Source: a virus
DNA length: 64,000 bases
IMG/VR virus record: IMGVR_UViG_3300028394_000040
Direction: 5' to 3' (one strand)
Below, piece after piece: positions 9,493 to 19,739 of this stretch. Below the pieces are notes generated by a model. That model ran no database searches, had not been told where the DNA came from, and worked only from the letters and a program-made list of their open reading frames with translations. How positions within the stretch are numbered: position 1 is the stretch's first letter; every line of letters begins with the position of its first letter. The translations under genes were made by a program, and so were the position numbers.

Positions 9493-11382
9493 TTAAAAAG
9501 TAACTACTCTACCGCTTATATCAGAATTAAGATATTTTACTTCAAATATAGATGGATCTAAAGAAGGATAAATAACATTATTTAAAGTAGCCCCAGGGAT
9601 ATCGTAAGCATATTCAGAGTATCCTACTCCTATTCCTGCCTTATTCACTATAGTAACTTTTCTTACTGTTTGAACACCGGCTACTTTATCTATTAACGTA
9701 TATATTTCCGATAAAATAATCGGTTGATTAATACCCCATTTATCAATATTAAAATAAGTTTTTAACTCTGTTAAGCAGTTTGCTATTACGTCTCTAGAAG
9801 AATAATTAGGCCTCAAAGTTACTTCAAAATTTACCCCTATATTAATAATAAAAGCACTTTTTAAATTTATAGAATCTGTTAACATTCTATACTGAGATAC
9901 ATAAGCTTTTAAGTTATGTAACAATGCACTAGGAGGTGTTACTAAATTCTTATCTGCATTATATGCTAATATATACGCTGATGTAGCTAACGGGTCTTGA
10001 ATATTTTGTGTAGAGGTAGTTTGCGATTTATAGGTTTGGGTATCGTTTGTTATGTAGGCTTTAGCTACTTGACCAAACTTAGCCGGCATACTATAAATAA
10101 CAGCTAAATAATCTTGTTGAGTAACAGCTCTCATTTGTGATGGGAACTGATTCAATGTATTTAATCTTATCTGCTCTATAGTATCACCATCTCCTCCTCC
10201 TGAAGCAGGAGCTGGGTTATTAACTGCTAAAGAAGCTGCTGTTGCGTTACCCAACGTTGGATCTACTAATCCTCCGTAAAAACTAGTAGTTCTAGATGTA
10301 ATAGTTGTTAATTCATTACTAGGAATATTAGCCTGAGCTCCTCCACCTACAAGGTACCTAACAGTTAAAGTTGTATTAGATGGTGATAAGCCATACGTTT
10401 GCGTAGTAGTAAAATTAGTAGGATCATAAGCTGCATTCATTTTACTTACGTTATCTATAGTACCTAGCCCTACATTATAGTTTGTAGGAAGTAACATTTC
10501 GTCAGCTTCTGTATTTACACCAGCTCCAAATTGAAGCTCTAAAGTCTTATCTGATTTAAACCTTGTAGCAAATCTTCTAGGTACTTTTAAAAGCTCTACA
10601 ATATACGGCACTGTTATACGTTGGAATCCAAAGTCTGGATTAGAAGCTATGTTATTTTGAACATCTTCTAGAACAGTATCTTGAGCCAAGTAAGGTACTT
10701 CATACCATTTATTTCCATCAGAATCGTAAACATCAATTATCTCTATTACGTTCGTATCTGTTAATAAAGAAGTAGTAAATTTTGTAGCAGAGCCATAATT
10801 AAACGTAGTAGTTTTAACTTGCCCGGAAATAGCAGCTACAGTCTTTTTTAACAAATAAGAGGCAGGATCTGTTCCTGCTACAGTGTATACAGATATATCT
10901 GTCATGTCAGCAGAAGAAGAAACTGAAAAATCTATCTTCTCAGGAACGTAGAACGTTACATTACTGTCTATAGAGGAAGCAACTTGCATACCTTCATCTA
11001 CTATTAAAGCATAATTAAAATCTGGTACTTTGTTACCTGCCGAACCAGAAGCCGGAACTGTCTGATATACCTCTAGATTTACAGCTGCTGCTGATGTTAC
11101 CTTTGGTCTGTAACCTAGCATATAAGCTAAGGTAAATAGATTTTCTTTTTGCTTGGCATACTGTAGGAATGTCTCTTGAATTTGGTTATCTAAATAGAAA
11201 GACATTACGTCTCCTACATAAGCAGCCATCTCGATAAACATTGTCCCTGGGGATGCTGAAGAAAAGTCGTTGTACGATGTTGGAAAATAGGCTTTTGCGT
11301 ACTCAATTAAGGCTTCTTTAAAAGTAGAAAAATCCTTATTTAAGTATTTAATATCCTTAGTATTTGTTTGCAGATTAGCCAT
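9493..11382 (-). CDS. Baseplate wedge subunit (T4 gp6/P2 gpJ-like)
   Basis: YLNKDFSTFKEALIEY, FIEMAAYVGDVMSFYLD, GGGDGDTIEQIR and RAVTQQDY are characteristic gp6/J motifs. Confidence 0.88.
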   Translation of the reverse strand: MANLQTNTKDIKYLNKDFSTFKEALIEYAKAYFPTSYNDFSSASPGTMFIEMAAYVGDVMSFYLDNQIQETFLQYAKQKENLFTLAYMLGYRPKVTSAAAVNLEVYQTVPASGSAGNKVPDFNYALIVDEGMQVASSIDSNVTFYVPEKIDFSVSSSADMTDISVYTVAGTDPASYLLKKTVAAISGQVKTTTFNYGSATKFTTSLLTDTNVIEIIDVYDSDGNKWYEVPYLAQDTVLEDVQNNIASNPDFGFQRITVPYIVELLKVPRRFATRFKSDKTLELQFGAGVNTEADEMLLPTNYNVGLGTIDNVSKMNAAYDPTNFTTTQTYGLSPSNTTLTVRYLVGGGAQANIPSNELTTITSRTTSFYGGLVDPTLGNATAASLAVNNPAPASGGGDGDTIEQIRLNTLNQFPSQMRAVTQQDYLAVIYSMPAKFGQVAKAYITNDTQTYKSQTTSTQNIQDPLATSAYILAYNADKNLVTPPSALLHNLKAYVSQYRMLTDSINLKSAFIINIGVNFEVTLRPNYSSRDVIANCLTELKTYFNIDKWGINQPIILSEIYTLIDKVAGVQTVRKVTIVNKAGIGVGYSEYAYDIPGATLNNVIYPSLDPSIFEVKYLNSDISGRVVTF

Positions 11383-11788
11383 TTTGGAAATTTAACAATA
11401 TTTCATCCGACTGCCCGGTATTTTTTATATTATAAGAGAACTCTACATTGATAACATTATTATCAAACGTAGATGCTACAGTTATCTTCTTAATTTCTAT
11501 GTTAGTAAAAAAGTTTTCAACAGTCATTTTAATGTACTGTTCTAATCCTTTGTTACCCTCTTCCGTTATTACTTCAAACACTTGATTAGATAATCCTGAA
11601 CCAAACTCAGGTACAAAAATTCTCTCGCGTTTACCTGTTAATAGGAAATTAATAATATTATACTTTAACTGCTCAGCTGTAGTAAAGACAGTATTAAACA
11701 CAGATTTAGTAGAAAAAGGAATACTTACACCTATTCCGGTGCTAGGCTTTAAATCTAAAGGGTTAATCTGTGTTTGTCTATATGCCAT
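11375..11788 (-). CDS. Baseplate wedge/sheath initiator (gp25/GPW-like)
   Basis: QLKYNIINFLLTGKRERIFVPEFGSGL motif; adjacent to the gp6-like gene. Confidence 0.85.
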   Translation of the reverse strand: MAYRQTQINPLDLKPSTGIGVSIPFSTKSVFNTVFTTAEQLKYNIINFLLTGKRERIFVPEFGSGLSNQVFEVITEEGNKGLEQYIKMTVENFFTNIEIKKITVASTFDNNVINVEFSYNIKNTGQSDEILLNFQNG

Positions 11789-12279
11789 TAAATTGCTCCT
11801 TTACTCTTTAAAGTATTCATCAATCCCGTAAAGTCCGGTACTACATCGATAGTTACTTGGTTTATATCTGTTGTAGGCCTATTAGAAGATAACATCTGCT
11901 CTACAGTTCCTACTGCTGCAGTCTCTTCTCCGTCAACCCCTCCTATCATACCAAAGTTAGGAGCCATAGATGCATCTGCATTTATCATTGTACGGTATTC
12001 GGTACTGGTCATCGACATAGCAGTTTCATTTAATAAATCAGCTATAGGATCTCCTGAGCTAACAGGTTTCAAATTTTTACTTTCCATAGCTAACGAAATA
12101 GAGTTTGCTAAATTCGTTGAACCTTTAACTGGTTTGTGTACTGGTAATGTATTAGAGATATTTCTATTTTCTTTTAATAAAGGTAATAATTCTTCTTTAA
12201 GTAAAGCTTTTAACTCTACTCTCATTACAAGAGTGACCTCCTCTCTAATTATCTTTCTAAGAATATCTAATTTACTCAT
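11788..12279 (-). CDS. Hypothetical protein
   Basis: 163 aa with N-terminal LRKIIREEV..LLKE repeats. TATTTATA at 12284-12291. Confidence 0.65.
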   Translation of the reverse strand: MSKLDILRKIIREEVTLVMRVELKALLKEELLPLLKENRNISNTLPVHKPVKGSTNLANSISLAMESKNLKPVSSGDPIADLLNETAMSMTSTEYRTMINADASMAPNFGMIGGVDGEETAAVGTVEQMLSSNRPTTDINQVTIDVVPDFTGLMNTLKSKGAI

Positions 12280-12308
12280 ATGTTATAAATATTTTAATTA
12301 TAAATTTA

Positions 12309-14153
12309 CTACCCCTCTCTAGCAACTCTATCTTCCTCTAATTTTAATTTAGCAGATCTATAAGCAGCTGTAGTAGTCGGGAAATCTTTTATTATTACTT
12401 TTAACCTTTCTCTTTCTCCATCTGAAAGAATATTTCCGTTATTTGCTGTTCCTGTGTTTATTCCTGTTCCTCCACTTCTATCTAATCCTCCAGTCATTAA
12501 ACTACCTGAAGTAGGATTATATACATCTGCTTTTATACTTGCTTTTAAAGCAGCTGAGTTAGAAGATACTCCTGCTCTAACTTTATTTCTTAGTGCATCT
12601 CCACCCGGTAAACCAGATATAAACTGCGATAACTCTCCTTGTACAGCTTTATTTTGTATGTCTAATGCAGTTTCTCCGGGTATGCCTATAGAGTTGTATA
12701 TTTCAGTATCAGATGTCGGTATATCTAGTATAGCAGTCAAACCTGAAACATCAGGTATAGGGTATCCTAAATCTGCTACTAACCCGCTATTAATAAGCAT
12801 TAACCTAGCTTCTTCGAATAATATAGTTATATCTGTAGCAAAAGTTAAAGGGGTTGCCAGTACTAATACACCGTTGTTATCAAATACAACTGCTCTCCTT
12901 CTTTTATACTTAATAGCGTTATCGGTTATTTCTTCTTCCTCTATTTTAATTACATAGCCGTTAAAATTAGCTAAATTTCTCCTATCTTTTGAAACTACAT
13001 AGTTTTTATTAAATTGATCTAATAAATCCTTAGAGCTTCTTAACTTTGCTTTGGCATTCTTTATTTCCTCTATTGCTGGACTAGAGCTAGTAGCTTCGCA
13101 TGATTCTAAGTTAAACTGAAGAATTTCTAACTCTCTAGTAATTTGATCAATTATAGTACCTAAAGTTATACTAAAAGCATATATTAAGTCTATTATTACT
13201 CCTATTTGCTCTAATCTCTTTAAGTAGTCTGTTATTTTAGCTTCAGCAGCCTCTCTTAATCGAATTAACGTATCAGTTATTCCGTGGGTTGTAAACATAC
13301 CCGGAAGGGGAAGAGTACCGAAGAATTTTAAGATTATTTGTAATACTTTAAGAACTACAGATAAAATTTTTACTATTATTTTAAGAACATTAACATAACC
13401 TATTACTTTTTGAGCTTGTTGATTAACCGCTTTACTTTCATTTACTATTTTCCTAATAATAGGTAGTAGGTAAGCAGGACTAATTATCTTCTGTAATTGT
13501 TGAATTTCATTAGGTATTAGAATTTTAGCTAAATCACCTACTGATCCTAAACCGGCTATAATACCACATACGCTCCTGACATCCTGAATAGTCTTAAGTA
13601 TCTTTTGAATCTCAGGGTCCGGTATGTTATTATAATCAGTATATGTTGCTATCAATGCCGGATATTGAGTCATTGATGCTATAAGGTCCGTAATGTAATT
13701 CTTAATGTTAGCTACTTGAGGAATTAAAGTAACTATATCTCTATCTATAAGTTTATTTATTTCATTTAGACTTTTAAGAGCATCCTGTAGAACTTTTACA
13801 TCTCTTAGAGCAGTAGGGTCAAGTAATATCTTATCTAAAAAGTCAGATACTTTCTTTGCGGCATCTTTAACTGCGGCTACTTTCTTCTCTAATCCATTAG
13901 GTTCCTCTCCTTCAGGAGGGGTAAGTTTTAGGTTATTTAAAGAGTATTGTAAAACATTACATAAATCAATAGCGTTTACTTCCCTAACAATAGGTAAAAC
14001 ACCATTTGTCTTTTTTTTACGGCCAGGGAATAATATACCGGTATCAGAAGCACTTCCGTAGACTATCTTTAGAAGACCGGATTCGATCTTAGATAGTCCT
14101 ATACCTATCGATAGTATTAGTTTTTCTATACCTTTAGGTTCTACTTCCGCCAT
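12309..14153 (-). CDS. Large helical/coiled-coil protein with a central hydrophobic segment (tail-associated, function unknown)
   Basis: 614 aa; hydrophobic VLKIIVKILSVVLKVLQIILKFF segment; lies between baseplate genes. Confidence 0.55.
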   Translation of the reverse strand: MAEVEPKGIEKLILSIGIGLSKIESGLLKIVYGSASDTGILFPGRKKKTNGVLPIVREVNAIDLCNVLQYSLNNLKLTPPEGEEPNGLEKKVAAVKDAAKKVSDFLDKILLDPTALRDVKVLQDALKSLNEINKLIDRDIVTLIPQVANIKNYITDLIASMTQYPALIATYTDYNNIPDPEIQKILKTIQDVRSVCGIIAGLGSVGDLAKILIPNEIQQLQKIISPAYLLPIIRKIVNESKAVNQQAQKVIGYVNVLKIIVKILSVVLKVLQIILKFFGTLPLPGMFTTHGITDTLIRLREAAEAKITDYLKRLEQIGVIIDLIYAFSITLGTIIDQITRELEILQFNLESCEATSSSPAIEEIKNAKAKLRSSKDLLDQFNKNYVVSKDRRNLANFNGYVIKIEEEEITDNAIKYKRRRAVVFDNNGVLVLATPLTFATDITILFEEARLMLINSGLVADLGYPIPDVSGLTAILDIPTSDTEIYNSIGIPGETALDIQNKAVQGELSQFISGLPGGDALRNKVRAGVSSNSAALKASIKADVYNPTSGSLMTGGLDRSGGTGINTGTANNGNILSDGERERLKVIIKDFPTTTAAYRSAKLKLEEDRVAREG

Positions 14154-14587
14154 TATTTTGTCTTAGTTACTGTTGATAAATTATCTTTAAACTTATCTTT
14201 AAGTATGTTAGCTGTTGTATTAAGAGATGAAGCAGTACTTACTATTTGAGGTACAGCTGCTGCTAAATTAGATTCGCTTAACTGACTAACGGCTTGAGTG
14301 AAATTCTCTATTTTTACTAGAAGAAAATATAAATTTTCCATAAAGCTGTCTCCCTTTATTACTGCCTCTGTAGCGTTAAGTCCTAGTTGTATTTCCTTAC
14401 CGTCACCTGGGTTAATTTTTACCCCGTTAACTGCGTCTATATTTACAGAACCTTTTGTAGATATTCCTACAGCTTTTTCTCCAAAAATTAACGTAGAATC
14501 CTGCTTAGAGAGTAAAGTAACTCTTTCGGCTGCTACTATAGCTTGTGAACCTGTATAGGGAAATTCTGGAATATATAGGTTAGCCAT
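14153..14587 (-). CDS. Baseplate spike C-terminal-like protein (gp5 C-terminal type)
   Basis: Short beta-repeats followed by IQLGLNATEAVIKGD, typical of spike C-termini; follows the hub gene. Confidence 0.55.
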   Translation of the reverse strand: MANLYIPEFPYTGSQAIVAAERVTLLSKQDSTLIFGEKAVGISTKGSVNIDAVNGVKINPGDGKEIQLGLNATEAVIKGDSFMENLYFLLVKIENFTQAVSQLSESNLAAAVPQIVSTASSLNTTANILKDKFKDNLSTVTKTK

Positions 14588-15536
14588 TAGATTTTAAGTT
14601 TTTTAGTATTTCTTCGTCTTGAGCTTTACTTGCTATATTACTAAAGCTTGTTGGAACATCTTGTAAAGGTAATGTATTATCTGATGTTAGTACTCCTCTT
14701 GTACCTAGTTTAAAAGTATCTAAAGGAAAACCTGTTAAATCTATAGGTACTTCCTGTGTACTAGTCAGATAAACACTGCTATCATTAGTAGAAATAGACT
14801 CTACAACAGGTACCCAGCCTTCTTTAACGTCTACAGTCCCTTGACCATTTCTTAGGATAGTAATAGGGTCTCCGTCTATTCCTGAAGTACTCCACGGACT
14901 AACATTAGGTAACTCAGTAACGGTACTTCCAAATCGTATTGACTGCCCCCATCTACCTTCTAAAATAAAATCTCCTTCGAATGGCAGTAAAGGTTTAATG
15001 TTATTTCTCTCTTTGAATGTTTCTCCTAAAGGAAATTGAGGTATTTCAGCATTCTCTTGACTAGTTTCTCCTGCTTCTGCATTAGTGTAACTACCGTTTA
15101 CCTCCTGTACTACCTTACTGTAATCTGCTAAATTAGGAAAAGCATTATGGTGTTGAGAATTCCATAGATTTACTTGAGTAATATAATAGTAATCTTTCTC
15201 CCCTGCACTATCATTAAGCCTGTTGCTAGGTCCCATTACAATTAAAACTATCTCTCCTACTAGGGGATAATTTTTTATATTAGCAAATAAAGGCCTAGCT
15301 ACTAATTTATTTGAGTTTACACCTTCAGGATTACTATTTTCGTAAAGGATATTAAATTTAATACTTCCAATACTACCCCAACCTCCCGAAGTAAGAAAGT
15401 CTTTATCTATCTTACCTTCTTTATTTATCTCATTTAAAATAACCTTAGTTACTCTAGCTATAATAATTTCCTTACCTGGTTCTTGGTAATTACCACCACT
15501 AACTAGAAAATTATTTAAACCTATATCGGTTGCCAT
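14580..15536 (-). CDS. Baseplate hub/spike N-terminal protein (gp5 OB-fold-like)
   Basis: ARPLF..KNYPLVGEIVLIV OB-fold-like motif; EGDFILEGRWGQSIRFGST. Confidence 0.6.
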   Translation of the reverse strand: MATDIGLNNFLVSGGNYQEPGKEIIIARVTKVILNEINKEGKIDKDFLTSGGWGSIGSIKFNILYENSNPEGVNSNKLVARPLFANIKNYPLVGEIVLIVMGPSNRLNDSAGEKDYYYITQVNLWNSQHHNAFPNLADYSKVVQEVNGSYTNAEAGETSQENAEIPQFPLGETFKERNNIKPLLPFEGDFILEGRWGQSIRFGSTVTELPNVSPWSTSGIDGDPITILRNGQGTVDVKEGWVPVVESISTNDSSVYLTSTQEVPIDLTGFPLDTFKLGTRGVLTSDNTLPLQDVPTSFSNIASKAQDEEILKNLKSNG

Positions 15537-15883
15537 TATGCTGAGATAGTAAGTTTAGGAATATCTATATTCTTTATTGTTTCAAAGAGCATTTCCCTAT
15601 CTCTATCAGATAAAAGTTCGGTATCAACGACCCCTTTAGCATTTATACTTCGTTGAACAATATTTGCCATTTTAATAAGAGCGTCATCGTTCTTAACTGC
15701 TACTTCTAAATATCCTTGAATTAAAGGTACTATAATTATAGCATCACCTGGCTCATGAACCATATCCTTTAATTGCGATATTAATTCCTTAAGCTGCTTT
15801 TCTTTTGCTCTGCTATTCTCGTAAATGTCCTTAAATAAAGAAGATAGGTCCTTTCCTTTAAATATTTCTTGATTAAACTCCAT
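15536..15883 (-). CDS. Conserved helical hypothetical protein (possibly terminase small subunit-like)
   Basis: 115 aa coiled-coil with TATTTATT upstream. The terminase idea is inference only. Confidence 0.5.
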   Translation of the reverse strand: MEFNQEIFKGKDLSSLFKDIYENSRAKEKQLKELISQLKDMVHEPGDAIIIVPLIQGYLEVAVKNDDALIKMANIVQRSINAKGVVDTELLSDRDREMLFETIKNIDIPKLTISA

Positions 15884-15911
15884 CCTTTTAAATAAATATA
15901 TGTTTTATATA

Positions 15912-16676
15912 TTATTCTATTTCTAAATCTCCTTCTAGAAAATCTGAATACATTTCTCTGTATATTGATTTCAATTCCTTTATTACCTTAGTAACTACGG
16001 GTGTAGGCGCATCAGTTATCTCTCGAATATAGATATACAAGGCTTTTTTAGATAAAATTGAGAGGTTTTCTCTTTTTCTAAAGAGTTCCATTATAGCATC
16101 AGCAACCTTTACTTCTTTATCTTTATCGAATAGATTAAAAATCTCATGATCTACATATGATATGTACCGATCGAAAAATTTTAAGTAATCAGAATCTGAA
16201 GGGCTATCGTCTATTATTTCTGCATATACTGTTGAATCTACGTCAACTTCATCAAGTCCTGCTCTACCTTTTAACTTTTTATAATTTGTATTATTATAAT
16301 TAATTAAATAGTTAAGAGATACTTTATAGAAATAGGAATAAGCTTTACTTCCTTTAGATTGATCGAATCTAGGAAGCTTCTCTAGTAGCATGCAAACTAC
16401 TTCGTGCTTTAATTCTTCAACGGTTTCTACTTCTGTATAATAGAATTTAAAATTATGAATCTGGATTTCTACTAGTTTATGGAAAGCATAATGAATTCTA
16501 CCGTTATAAATAATACGGCGATCAATTTCATCTGTTGATGCTAGGTACGCCATGATAGCGTCCTCTGTATCTTGAGTAAAAAATGTATTTGGCTTCTTTG
16601 GCTTTCTTTTGCGAACAGTTCCCTGTTTAGTAAGCAGGACTTTTTCCTCTCCGGTTATCTCGTCTTTTACTACCAT
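15912..16676 (-). CDS. Phage sigma factor (T4 gp55-like late sigma)
   Basis: ELKHEVVCMLLEKLPRFDQSKGSKAYSYFYKVSLNYLI is a sigma region 2-like segment (FD..KG.kafsYf). Confidence 0.75.
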   Translation of the reverse strand: MVVKDEITGEEKVLLTKQGTVRKRKPKKPNTFFTQDTEDAIMAYLASTDEIDRRIIYNGRIHYAFHKLVEIQIHNFKFYYTEVETVEELKHEVVCMLLEKLPRFDQSKGSKAYSYFYKVSLNYLINYNNTNYKKLKGRAGLDEVDVDSTVYAEIIDDSPSDSDYLKFFDRYISYVDHEIFNLFDKDKEVKVADAIMELFRKRENLSILSKKALYIYIREITDAPTPVVTKVIKELKSIYREMYSDFLEGDLEIE

Positions 16677-16951
16677 TACTTGTTATTCTTGAAATTGTTT
16701 AATGTTTCTTGAATAGTTTGTAATGCTTTAAAGAAGAATCCCACTTCATCATCGCTTCTAAAAGCTCCTAGTTGATCTACTTCTTTAACTAATTTATCCG
16801 AATCATCGATAATTTGTCCGATAGTCTGTAGACTTTGATTCTGTCTCTGTACTATTTCTTCTAGCTTGACGTTCTTACTATATAGATTGTAAATAACAAA
16901 TCCGACTATAGTCAAAACCCATATGTTAATATTAATTAATATTGATAACAT
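16676..16951 (-). CDS. Small membrane-anchored coiled-coil protein
   Basis: N-terminal TM helix followed by heptad repeats. Confidence 0.65.
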   Translation of the reverse strand: MLSILININIWVLTIVGFVIYNLYSKNVKLEEIVQRQNQSLQTIGQIIDDSDKLVKEVDQLGAFRSDDEVGFFFKALQTIQETLNNFKNNK

Positions 16952-17734
16952 TTAAATGTTTTTTAAAGCAGCCATGAGATTAGGATTAGCAGAGCTAATT
17001 CTTTTCATTGCTTCTTCACTGGCCGCAGGTTTAGAAATGATTTTATGCGTAACCGTTTTAGTTTGTCTTATAGGACTTCCGCTATTAAGTCTTGGAAGCC
17101 ATTCTCCTTCCCATTCTACTCTAGCAGCCAGCATATCAGCTTGATGCAAAATAATAGGCAAAGAGCTACGTAATCTAGATTCTGGTTGATAAGAGATAAG
17201 ATAGTGTTTGTTTGCCTCATCGTAAAGACCGTCGTGAAGTTTAATTCCCAAGTATTCATTTTCTGATACAGTTATACCGGCACTTTGAAGAATAAATAAT
17301 GAACGATCGGGTACTGATGCAAAAGATAGAGCGGTATTAAACTTATAATGTGCTCCTTGATTCTTTACCTGCCAATCGTTATCATTTGGAAATACTCCAG
17401 GTGTACCGGGTAATCCTAATTTTCCTAAATCATGGTTAATAGCAGCAAAGACTAACTCTTCTTGCGAATACGTCTCTCTTACATTAAACGATTTCCAAAC
17501 ATTATCTAACTGTAAACTAGCTTTAACAACTCTTAATACATGGTCTACGTATCCTCCTGCAAAGCAGTTATGGTTAGAGTCACGTACAGCAGCAGGTGCT
17601 AAAATAGTTTGTTCTTCCATAGATAAATATAAATCTTTTAATAGAGTAGATCTATCTCCAGTTATATAGGTATCGATAACAGCAAGAAAAGTATTCCAAT
17701 TTGCTTGGATTTGTTCGGCAGATAATTGAGTCAT
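16952..17734 (-). CDS. HD-domain phosphohydrolase (YhaM-like HD)
   Basis: HNCFAGGYVDHVLRV, NHDLGK, LHDG and LHQADM motifs. Confidence 0.85.
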   Translation of the reverse strand: MTQLSAEQIQANWNTFLAVIDTYITGDRSTLLKDLYLSMEEQTILAPAAVRDSNHNCFAGGYVDHVLRVVKASLQLDNVWKSFNVRETYSQEELVFAAINHDLGKLGLPGTPGVFPNDNDWQVKNQGAHYKFNTALSFASVPDRSLFILQSAGITVSENEYLGIKLHDGLYDEANKHYLISYQPESRLRSSLPIILHQADMLAARVEWEGEWLPRLNSGSPIRQTKTVTHKIISKPAASEEAMKRISSANPNLMAALKNI

Positions 17735-17752
17735 AACTTATTAGTTTAAAAT

Positions 17753-17935
17753 TTACTGGATTCCGTCGGTCTCGTTATTGATTAACGTTTTAATATCATC
17801 CATTTGTTCTTTTATCTTAGTAATAGTTTCTATGATATCTTGGTAGGATGATTGTTGACGAATTTTCATGTTAAGATTAATTAAAGAATAATCTAATCTT
17901 TCTAGTTGTCCTAAGACAGGGCCTTTATTTCTCAT
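17753..17935 (-). CDS. Hypothetical protein
   Basis: 60 aa helical ORF overlapping the stop of the upstream gene. Confidence 0.55.
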   Translation of the reverse strand: MRNKGPVLGQLERLDYSLINLNMKIRQQSSYQDIIETITKIKEQMDDIKTLINNETDGIQ

Positions 17936-18233
17936 TTAGTTTTTTTAAAAGTAATGTTAGTTGTGGTATCGTTTGGTAGTAAACGATAAATTCTTTTTCT
18001 TCAATATCGGTAATTTTCTCACTACCACCAAAAACAAAATAAACTTTTTCGTCTTCGTACTTAAACATAGCCATCGGATAATAATCCGAATTTAACTTAC
18101 TTTCTATCTGTTTGGCTAAAGTTTTATTAGTATCGCAATATTCTTCTTTAAAATCGATACTTTCTTCTTTTAATTTATCTTTTAACCATAGACAAGTATC
18201 GCAATAAGATAAAGTAAATATTGTTATAGACAT
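17925..18233 (-). CDS. Glutaredoxin/thioredoxin-like protein
   Basis: ITIFTLSYCDTC CxxC motif and a cis-Pro YYP motif. Confidence 0.75.
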   Translation of the reverse strand: MSITIFTLSYCDTCLWLKDKLKEESIDFKEEYCDTNKTLAKQIESKLNSDYYPMAMFKYEDEKVYFVFGGSEKITDIEEKEFIVYYQTIPQLTLLLKKLNEK

Positions 18234-18307
18234 AGTAGCTATTCTTGCGTTTCTTGCTATTCTTGCGATGTTTACAAAAAGTTAAGGTTTTTTTAGCAGA
18301 AAAGCCA

Positions 18308-18589
18308 CTATTCGAAATAATTTTTATGCAAATATTCTAAAACTATTTTTATCTTAGTACACTCTTCATACATTTCTTTTTCGATAAATAAGTCTAAGAT
18401 GTTTGTATAGAAAGAGTTAATCTCTTCTACTTGCTGCATAGTTAAATCTTTAGCTTTACCTTCTTTATCTTTTTCAATAATTGCTATCATTTCATCTAAG
18501 GAAGATGTAATAACATTAAAAAAAAGTCGACTGGTGTTTATATCTAGTTGTTTGATTACATCTAGATTAAAAGCTCCTACTGTACTCAT
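18308..18589 (-). CDS. Hypothetical protein with a C-terminal UVR-like motif
   Basis: Likely start MSTVGAF (ATG 18589), downstream of TATTTATT at 18618-18625. Ends FIEKEMYEECTKIK. Confidence 0.6.
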   Translation of the reverse strand: MSTVGAFNLDVIKQLDINTSRLFFNVITSSLDEMIAIIEKDKEGKAKDLTMQQVEEINSFYTNILDLFIEKEMYEECTKIKIVLEYLHKNYFE

Positions 18590-18715
18590 GTTGATATTTT
18601 TATTAGTAAATCTAGTAAATAAATAGCTAATAAACAACAGTAGAGCCCCTTGTCTGCCTTTGAGACATTAACGCTCTCTAACGTTCTTTTTACTTTAATA
18701 TAATGTAAGGGTAAC

Positions 18716-18741
18716 AAAAAAGCCTACCGTAGAAGTAGGCT
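18716..18741 (-). terminator. Intrinsic terminator after the leader-protein array
   Basis: AGCCTAC-loop-GTAGGCT stem followed by a T run on the minus strand. Confidence 0.8.
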
Positions 18742-18751
18742 CTTTAAGGTT

Positions 18752-19201
18752 TTATCTATCTCTATCATGGTAGGCATCTGGGTCTTGACCGAAATCACTA
18801 TCAAATTCTGTAGCAGCATCTTCGGCAGCAGACATTAACTGCCTGTTAGCTTCTTCAGAGGCTTCTAGTTTTGGAATAAGAGAATCCAAGAATTGTTTAT
18901 CTTCTATGTAATCACCTTCTCCTTCTTTTATAGCTCCCTCTATATTTACTATTTCATAGTCGGTAACTTCCCATCCTCCTTGATCATAAAGATATCCATC
19001 CATATATTCAGCATCTTTGTAATCACCGCTAACTTTTAATGTACCTGCTATTTCAGCATAGACAACACCATCTAATTCTATATCTGATATAGAGAATGGA
19101 TAAGAAACAGTAGAATCACTGCTTCTCTCATTAATACCTTCTTTAATAATACCTGCTAATTGTTGAAGTCTAAATGCTTCGTTTATAAGTCCTTTTTTCA
19201 T
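18752..19201 (-). CDS. Acidic protein with shared MKKGLINEAFRLQQLAGI leader (copy 6)
   Basis: 149 aa, D/E-rich body. Confidence 0.8.
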   Translation of the reverse strand: MKKGLINEAFRLQQLAGIIKEGINERSSDSTVSYPFSISDIELDGVVYAEIAGTLKVSGDYKDAEYMDGYLYDQGGWEVTDYEIVNIEGAIKEGEGDYIEDKQFLDSLIPKLEASEEANRQLMSAAEDAATEFDSDFGQDPDAYHDRDR

Positions 19202-19213
19202 TATTATTTTTTA

Positions 19214-19729
19214 TTAAATAGCTTTTTCATAACGTTCAGCTTTCCATACATAGTTTTCTATTCCAGAATCGTAAGTAACTATAATCATATCGGGCATAAG
19301 TATTTCTTCGTCATCCCACCAGGTTTCTATACTTTCAGACCCCTCAACAAATACAGGTTCGTTATTAGAGTAGTATTCTTCCCAATTTCCATTAAAACCA
19401 TCCTCCTCAACTACATCACGTAAAACACTCTCATAGTCTTCTAAGAGTTGAGATACTAAGTCAAAATAGGAAGATTTTTCAATATCACTATAATCTTGTA
19501 AATTACCTCCAGGTCCTCCTGACGTAATATCGCCGGAATAGACTGTTTCATCTAATTTTATACCTTCTTCTTTAGCTCCTTGAAGTAAAGTATCCTTAGC
19601 TATTTTAAGTAGGTTTTGAATACCTTGTTCTATATACTTAGGACTATCGAATTCTTCATTAACTGGTATTGGAGTAATACCTGCTAACTGTTGAAGCCTA
19701 AAAGCTTCGTTTATTAATCCTTTTTTCAT
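19214..19729 (-). CDS. Acidic protein with shared leader (copy 5)
   Basis: Start placed at MKKGL (ATG 19729) rather than the ORF-track start at 19756, by alignment with paralogs. Confidence 0.8.
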   Translation of the reverse strand: MKKGLINEAFRLQQLAGITPIPVNEEFDSPKYIEQGIQNLLKIAKDTLLQGAKEEGIKLDETVYSGDITSGGPGGNLQDYSDIEKSSYFDLVSQLLEDYESVLRDVVEEDGFNGNWEEYYSNNEPVFVEGSESIETWWDDEEILMPDMIIVTYDSGIENYVWKAERYEKAI

Positions 19730-19739
19730 TTTATTAAAT

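Noticed and set aside
18238-18268. Short tandem GCTATTCTTGCG repeat upstream of the glutaredoxin gene
   Set aside because: Only two short copies, so no function can be supported.
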